The notes under the pieces are model-generated. The model made no database searches. It was not told the origin of the DNA and was given only the letters and a program-made list of their open reading frames with translations. DNA of 64,000 nucleotides from Podarcis liolepis (lineage: Eukaryota), in the NCBI GenBank assembly GCA_965112155.1, contig OZ218104.1. One strand, given 5' to 3'. Numbering within the stretch: the first letter of the stretch is position 1; every line of letters begins with the position of its first letter. The translations under genes were made by a program, and so were the position numbers. This document shows positions 59,369-64,000 of this stretch, in pieces.

Positions 59369-60705
59369 AAGATATAGAGCTCAGCTACCTCTGTTCCAGC
59401 CTTTTAATTGGGTGTTACTGCAGGTGTGAAGGGAGCCTGGTTACAGCTGCTACCCTTTGGTGAAAAAGGCTCCCAGTTCGAACTGAACCATCGGTTGCAT
59501 GTTGTATTTGGGGTGGGGTTGGAGATAGAGTGGAGCAGATGGGTGCAATCCCAAATGGCAACAAACAAAGCCACCGAGTAATGGTGCAATGGGCTGCACC
59601 TCTGGCCTCCCCTGCCCCTGACATCCACATTCACCCAACAGCACGTGCAGGAATGAGGGGTCTTCCTGACTAGTGCAAGCCCTGGTGGGTGTGGGTGGGT
59701 ATTCCTCCTTGGGTGCCCACCCATGGCTCCCCACTATGAGAAGAATGATTTGAGATGGCGAGCTGATTTTGTTCTTTATAAATCAACCTCTGGCTAGTCC
59801 TAAATCCAGCACTGCATCTGTTCCTTGCCTGGATCTGTGTACGCATATCAATGATTTCTTGATCTTCCTGCCCTTCGAGGTACAAGTGTAGGCAGACGTG
59901 TAAGGAAATATTTGGTGTGTGCCTGCGTGGGCGTATTAAAAGGGTTCTATGCTCTCGCTTTCCCTTCCTCGTTTTCTCTGGTTACTCTTGATAATGCTGA
60001 TTTTACTGCATAAAAAGAAAGCCCCCCAGAGCATTCGGCTCTTCCCACCCCCACCCCCGCCTGCCTTCAATTCCTCATAAAGCCTCTGGCCTTACACTGC
60101 TGTTTATCACCTAAGGCAAACTCTCTCTCTCTCCCCTCCACCCAATCCCACTTCTTTAAATCTCTAAACCACAAGGCAGTGTGCGAGCAACACCGTGGGT
60201 CAAAATATCAAAAGCCGGAGCTTTCTCCGGTTTCCTCGATAACACAAACCATAAAAGGAGGCAGTAGCATCAGCGCAGGCAGTTGCCCTGACCTTAGCTG
60301 GTGATGCTGCACGATGGTTCCCGGGCAGCCTGCACCCAGCCACACCGGCAGGTGATGGGACTGGCTGGGGCTCCAGCAGGTGTTAATGATGGAGAGGCAA
60401 GAGCAGAGGATGAATCTCACAACTGCAAGGAGGATGCAAGGACAGCATGGGATGGGTTTCATCCTGCAGACAGCACCAGAGAAACAGCCGCCTCACCCCA
60501 CAACCCAGGTATCATTTCAGAAACTGTACGCCCCGTTCTGGTGTTCTCGAGGGCGAATGCATCAGAAACAGGAGGGAAGGAGGATGCGACCATTCACAAC
60601 AGCCCCATCCTTTTGGACAGCAAAGGTTGCAGAACGGCAACAGCAGAAGTTCAGTACAAATCTGAAAATGACTGGCCTGCTTTCAGCTTTGCAGCTTGGC
60701 TACAC

Positions 60706-60707
<2 letters not shown>

Positions 60708-60755
<48 letters not shown>
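60708..60755. repeat. (CT)n microsatellite
   Basis: Direct reading; explains the SLSLSL tracts in ORFs 60301, 60380 and 60696. Confidence 0.95.
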
Positions 60756-60759
<4 letters not shown>

Positions 60760-63700
60760 CTCTCCCCCACCAACATAACAGTGGTTGTCCATTCCCATCC
60801 TCCAGCCCACTCCAACTCCCAAAAATCAAGCATTTACAACTTTTGTTTCCCAATGTTTGGGGCACCATGCCCCTTAGTGTATTTTATATATACCCTTAGT
60901 GTATTTTTGAAAAGCGACAGCCACTCTAGAAGCTGGCATTTCTGCAGGCCTGTAATGTGCCCTGGGGTGCTGCTTTGTCTCTTTGGGCATTCAGCTCCTC
61001 TACTCTTTGCACTTAGAAAGTCTTGTCTCTAACAAGCCTCAGGAATGTTAGAATGTGGGCCTGAAACTGCCTGTCACCAAAACTTCAGAAAAAGTCCTTA
61101 TGTTGACTGGCTCAATCCAAGCCCTGAATCTGAGTCTGCTGGCCTGGTCTTCCTGTAGTGACTACAGGGCCAGATTCAATAAAATGTGGGCCCCACAGAA
61201 CATGTACATATCTCACACCTATGCAGTCAGTGTGCACACATGGCTGAATCACCTGCCCATAAAGCACACAAACATGTAGAAGGGCACATCTAAACCACGG
61301 CCGGCAGCAGCACCTCCATGAAGGATGGGCTTCAGAGATGAAAGAGACTTGTCTCATGCGTGTCAGGCAAAGGCTGCCATTTTGAACAGCACTTTCCCTT
61401 CCATCAGAAGAAACACCCCAAAGACCAGACTTCTTTCCCACCAAAGGGCACGTCCGCCTCCTGTCCGCCCCTCCCTCTTGCCCCACTTGAGGGCATGAAC
61501 CAGCCATGCGGAAGGAGTGGGGAGGGCAGCTGCTGCCCCATCTCACCTACGTCCTGTCAGCCTATGGACAGGCATTTCCACACAGCCTCTCTTATTTACG
61601 CACACGTGCAACGCGTCTAGGAGGAGAGAGCGCCTATCTCTGTGGTTATGCCTGCTTGTCTCCAGGATGAAAAAAAATACACAGCACAGTTACTCAAACA
61701 CATGTAAATATCGCTCTAATCCCATTTGTTTGGCAGACCATATAAAGGCTAAGAAATGAAAAATGCACTCACACGCCCTCTGACACCCTGGCCCAGCGCA
61801 TGGAGGGGAGCGCTCTCCCAGTGGCTGGCTCCTGGCTCCCTCGCCTCCCTCGCGCTTTGCTGCTAAGAAGATACTTAGAGCGCAGGGATTGCTCACAATC
61901 TGGCTGTGTGATCCACATACATGAGTTGTAATATGCCTGCTCCTATTTCGCTGCCTCTCCCTCTGCCTCTCCCCCCCCCCCGCCAGCCCATCTCTCTTGT
62001 TCTCATGTTCAGTGGTTATTTTAGCTTAATGCAATGACATCACACGGCTCCCTTCATTAGGCAGAGCCCTCGCCGTGCTGCGCGGCTCCCCTGATCACTT
62101 CCAAATGATGGGATTTAGGGAGGTCGGATATTTATTGCCGATCAGTCTTAACGTGGGACGCTCAGCTCCAGGGTGGCGGGGTGTGTGTGTTGGTGTGTCA
62201 ATTTCTCTGCCCAAGGTGTACACAAGGGGGGGGTTGCACAGCGCGGGTGACAGCTGTGTTGTGGCTGTTTGTGTAAGCTGGCGGGGGGTGGGGAGAGAGA
62301 AGGCGAGAAAGTGAAAGGGGGGCTTTATTACACATTTTCATTTTTATACAGCAGGCTCGAATAGCTATAGGTATCTGCCTTTAATCGGTGGAGTTTTTAT
62401 ATCAAGTCTGAATGAGGAAACTCCAGTAGGCCCTGGGAGGGGATGGCGGGTGCAGGGGGGAGAAACCTCACTTTTCAGCATCGCATAACAGCATCGCAAA
62501 ATATCAGTATTAAAATATGCACAATATATTATTTGCTTTGATGATGGCAATAATAATATTTTTTAAAGTAGTTGTGGTGGTGGTTATTAATTGTTAAGCT
62601 GCTGCTGCTGCTACTACTAATACTAGTAACAACAACAACAACCATTTTTCTTTTTATTTCCTGCACACACCCTTTTATGTTTTATCTTCTACCTTCTGGG
62701 CTTTTGGATATCTCCATCATTTTATCAAAAGCGGCAAATGCTAAAGGACCAGCAAAGGCCAAGCAGTGGTTCAGCAGGAATGCTGAGGAGGAGGGAGAGA
62801 GATGTCATCAAATGAGCTTCCCTTTATTATGGGCTGTGGTGTGGACTGGCTGGGTTCCTGGGACGCCAGAGAGCCCTGAAACCCTAAATAATCAGGTTGC
62901 CAAGAAGGCTAGCCTGGGGAGGGCGAGGTTCAAAGCCTGCTCCTGGAAAGACAGACACACGCCGGCGTTTCTCCTGCAAAAGGCTTCATTCAAGTATTTT
63001 CCTTCAAAATCAGGCCAGCACAAATCCCCGCCTGCAGAATATATACTCTGTGCCCTCCCTTGATGGGCTAGGTAATCCCTTGAATTAAGATTTCTTCTTT
63101 TTCCTGAGGGTTTTTATTTAACTGTTCTTAATAAATGAGAGCATTTAGGCACGTTTTGTTCTGCAGCCCTTGCTGGGACCAAAATTGCTACATTTGCTGA
63201 AATGCCGTTCCAGATGGCGTGTCCCCCACCCAGCTCCCTCCCCAAAAGGGCTTTTCTGCTTCTGGCTGCCTCTCTTTCGCTGCTGCTTGGCTGGGACAGA
63301 GGGGCAGCCGCTGCGGGACCTGGACAGCTCCCTTGCAGAGCCACAAAGCCAGGCAGGAGGAGGCCTGGCTGGCTGGCTGGTTGGCTGGCTGTCGCAATGG
63401 AGCCCCTCCATACATTTGTAGCAGCAGCAGCAGCAGCGGCAGTCTCTGGACTTGAACCCCCTGCCCTCTCACCTCAGGGTCTGATATGACTCCTCTCTCT
63501 CTCTCTCTCCCCCCACAACTCCCTGCCCCCACTCTCTTTTCTTCCGGCTCCTCTATCAAGCAGTGATGTACTCAGGCTGGCTGTGAATAAATGTAAGTGA
63601 CCCCCACCCAGCCACCCCCACTTCCCTGAGCCTTCTGCAACTGCTGGAGAGGGAGAGAGAGAGAATGAGAAAAAGAGAGAGGAGGAATGAGAGAGAAGAA

Positions 63701-64000
63701 AGTGAGGGAGAGAGAGAGCAAGCAAATGGCCCCGACTTCCTCCCAGGTAATTAAAGGGTCTGTTTTCAAGGTTGCGTGGGTAAAAGACAATTTGGCCTAA
63801 TGAAGCATTGATCGGCCAGCACTAAAGGTAGAAAAAGAGATGCTGACTCTCATCCATTCAAAGGTACCTTTCACTGCTGTAAAGCAGAGAACCGGGGATT
63901 GTTCTGGCTCAGCTGTCATTGCCTATGACCTGCTTTAGGGGGGGAAAGATGAGAATTTGCTTTAAATTTATTTCGATTCTGTAATGGCGCCGAGGTATAT

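Noticed and set aside
60301-61032. Longest ORF (243 aa)
   Set aside because: Starts at GTG, runs through a (CT)n microsatellite, has no recognisable domain or exon structure.
1-64000. Known miRNA seeds, REST/NRSE sites, CRISPR-like arrays, prokaryotic or viral coding inserts
   Set aside because: Seed-like matches did not extend to mature miRNAs; NRSE-like hits (about 12895, 21268) were poor; no repeat-spacer array or long non-host ORF is present.

Overview
Vertebrate, non-coding DNA, very probably from a lacertid lizard: it carries a full-length Sauria/Squam1-type SINE, several Squam2-type tRNA SINEs, and squamate CR1, L2 and hAT/PIF-type MITE families. Family names come from recalled consensus sequences and were not searched. 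I can support no intact protein-coding gene, rRNA, true tRNA or known miRNA. Every ORF in the track is short, low-complexity, gap-spanning or TE-derived. There are three assembly gaps. The window looks like a large intron or gene desert near a developmental regulator: transposon debris (densest in about 0-28 kb) alternates with many TE-free, homeobox-motif-rich blocks resembling conserved non-coding elements, but conservation cannot be shown here. The most striking directly visible structure is a 594-bp solo LTR (TG...CA, 5-bp TSD) nested in an intact hAT MITE (8-bp TSD) and packed with short perfect hairpins. Other notable items are an interlocking triple inverted repeat at 36.3 kb, a MITE family with a duplicated right end that has captured an L2 tail, a 284/304-bp tandem duplication with divergent microsatellites, a well-preserved ancient CR1 fragment, a tandem RFX X-box pair, a consensus CTCF site and a speculative pair of minus-strand small exons. 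I found no firm evidence for a wholly new biological system.
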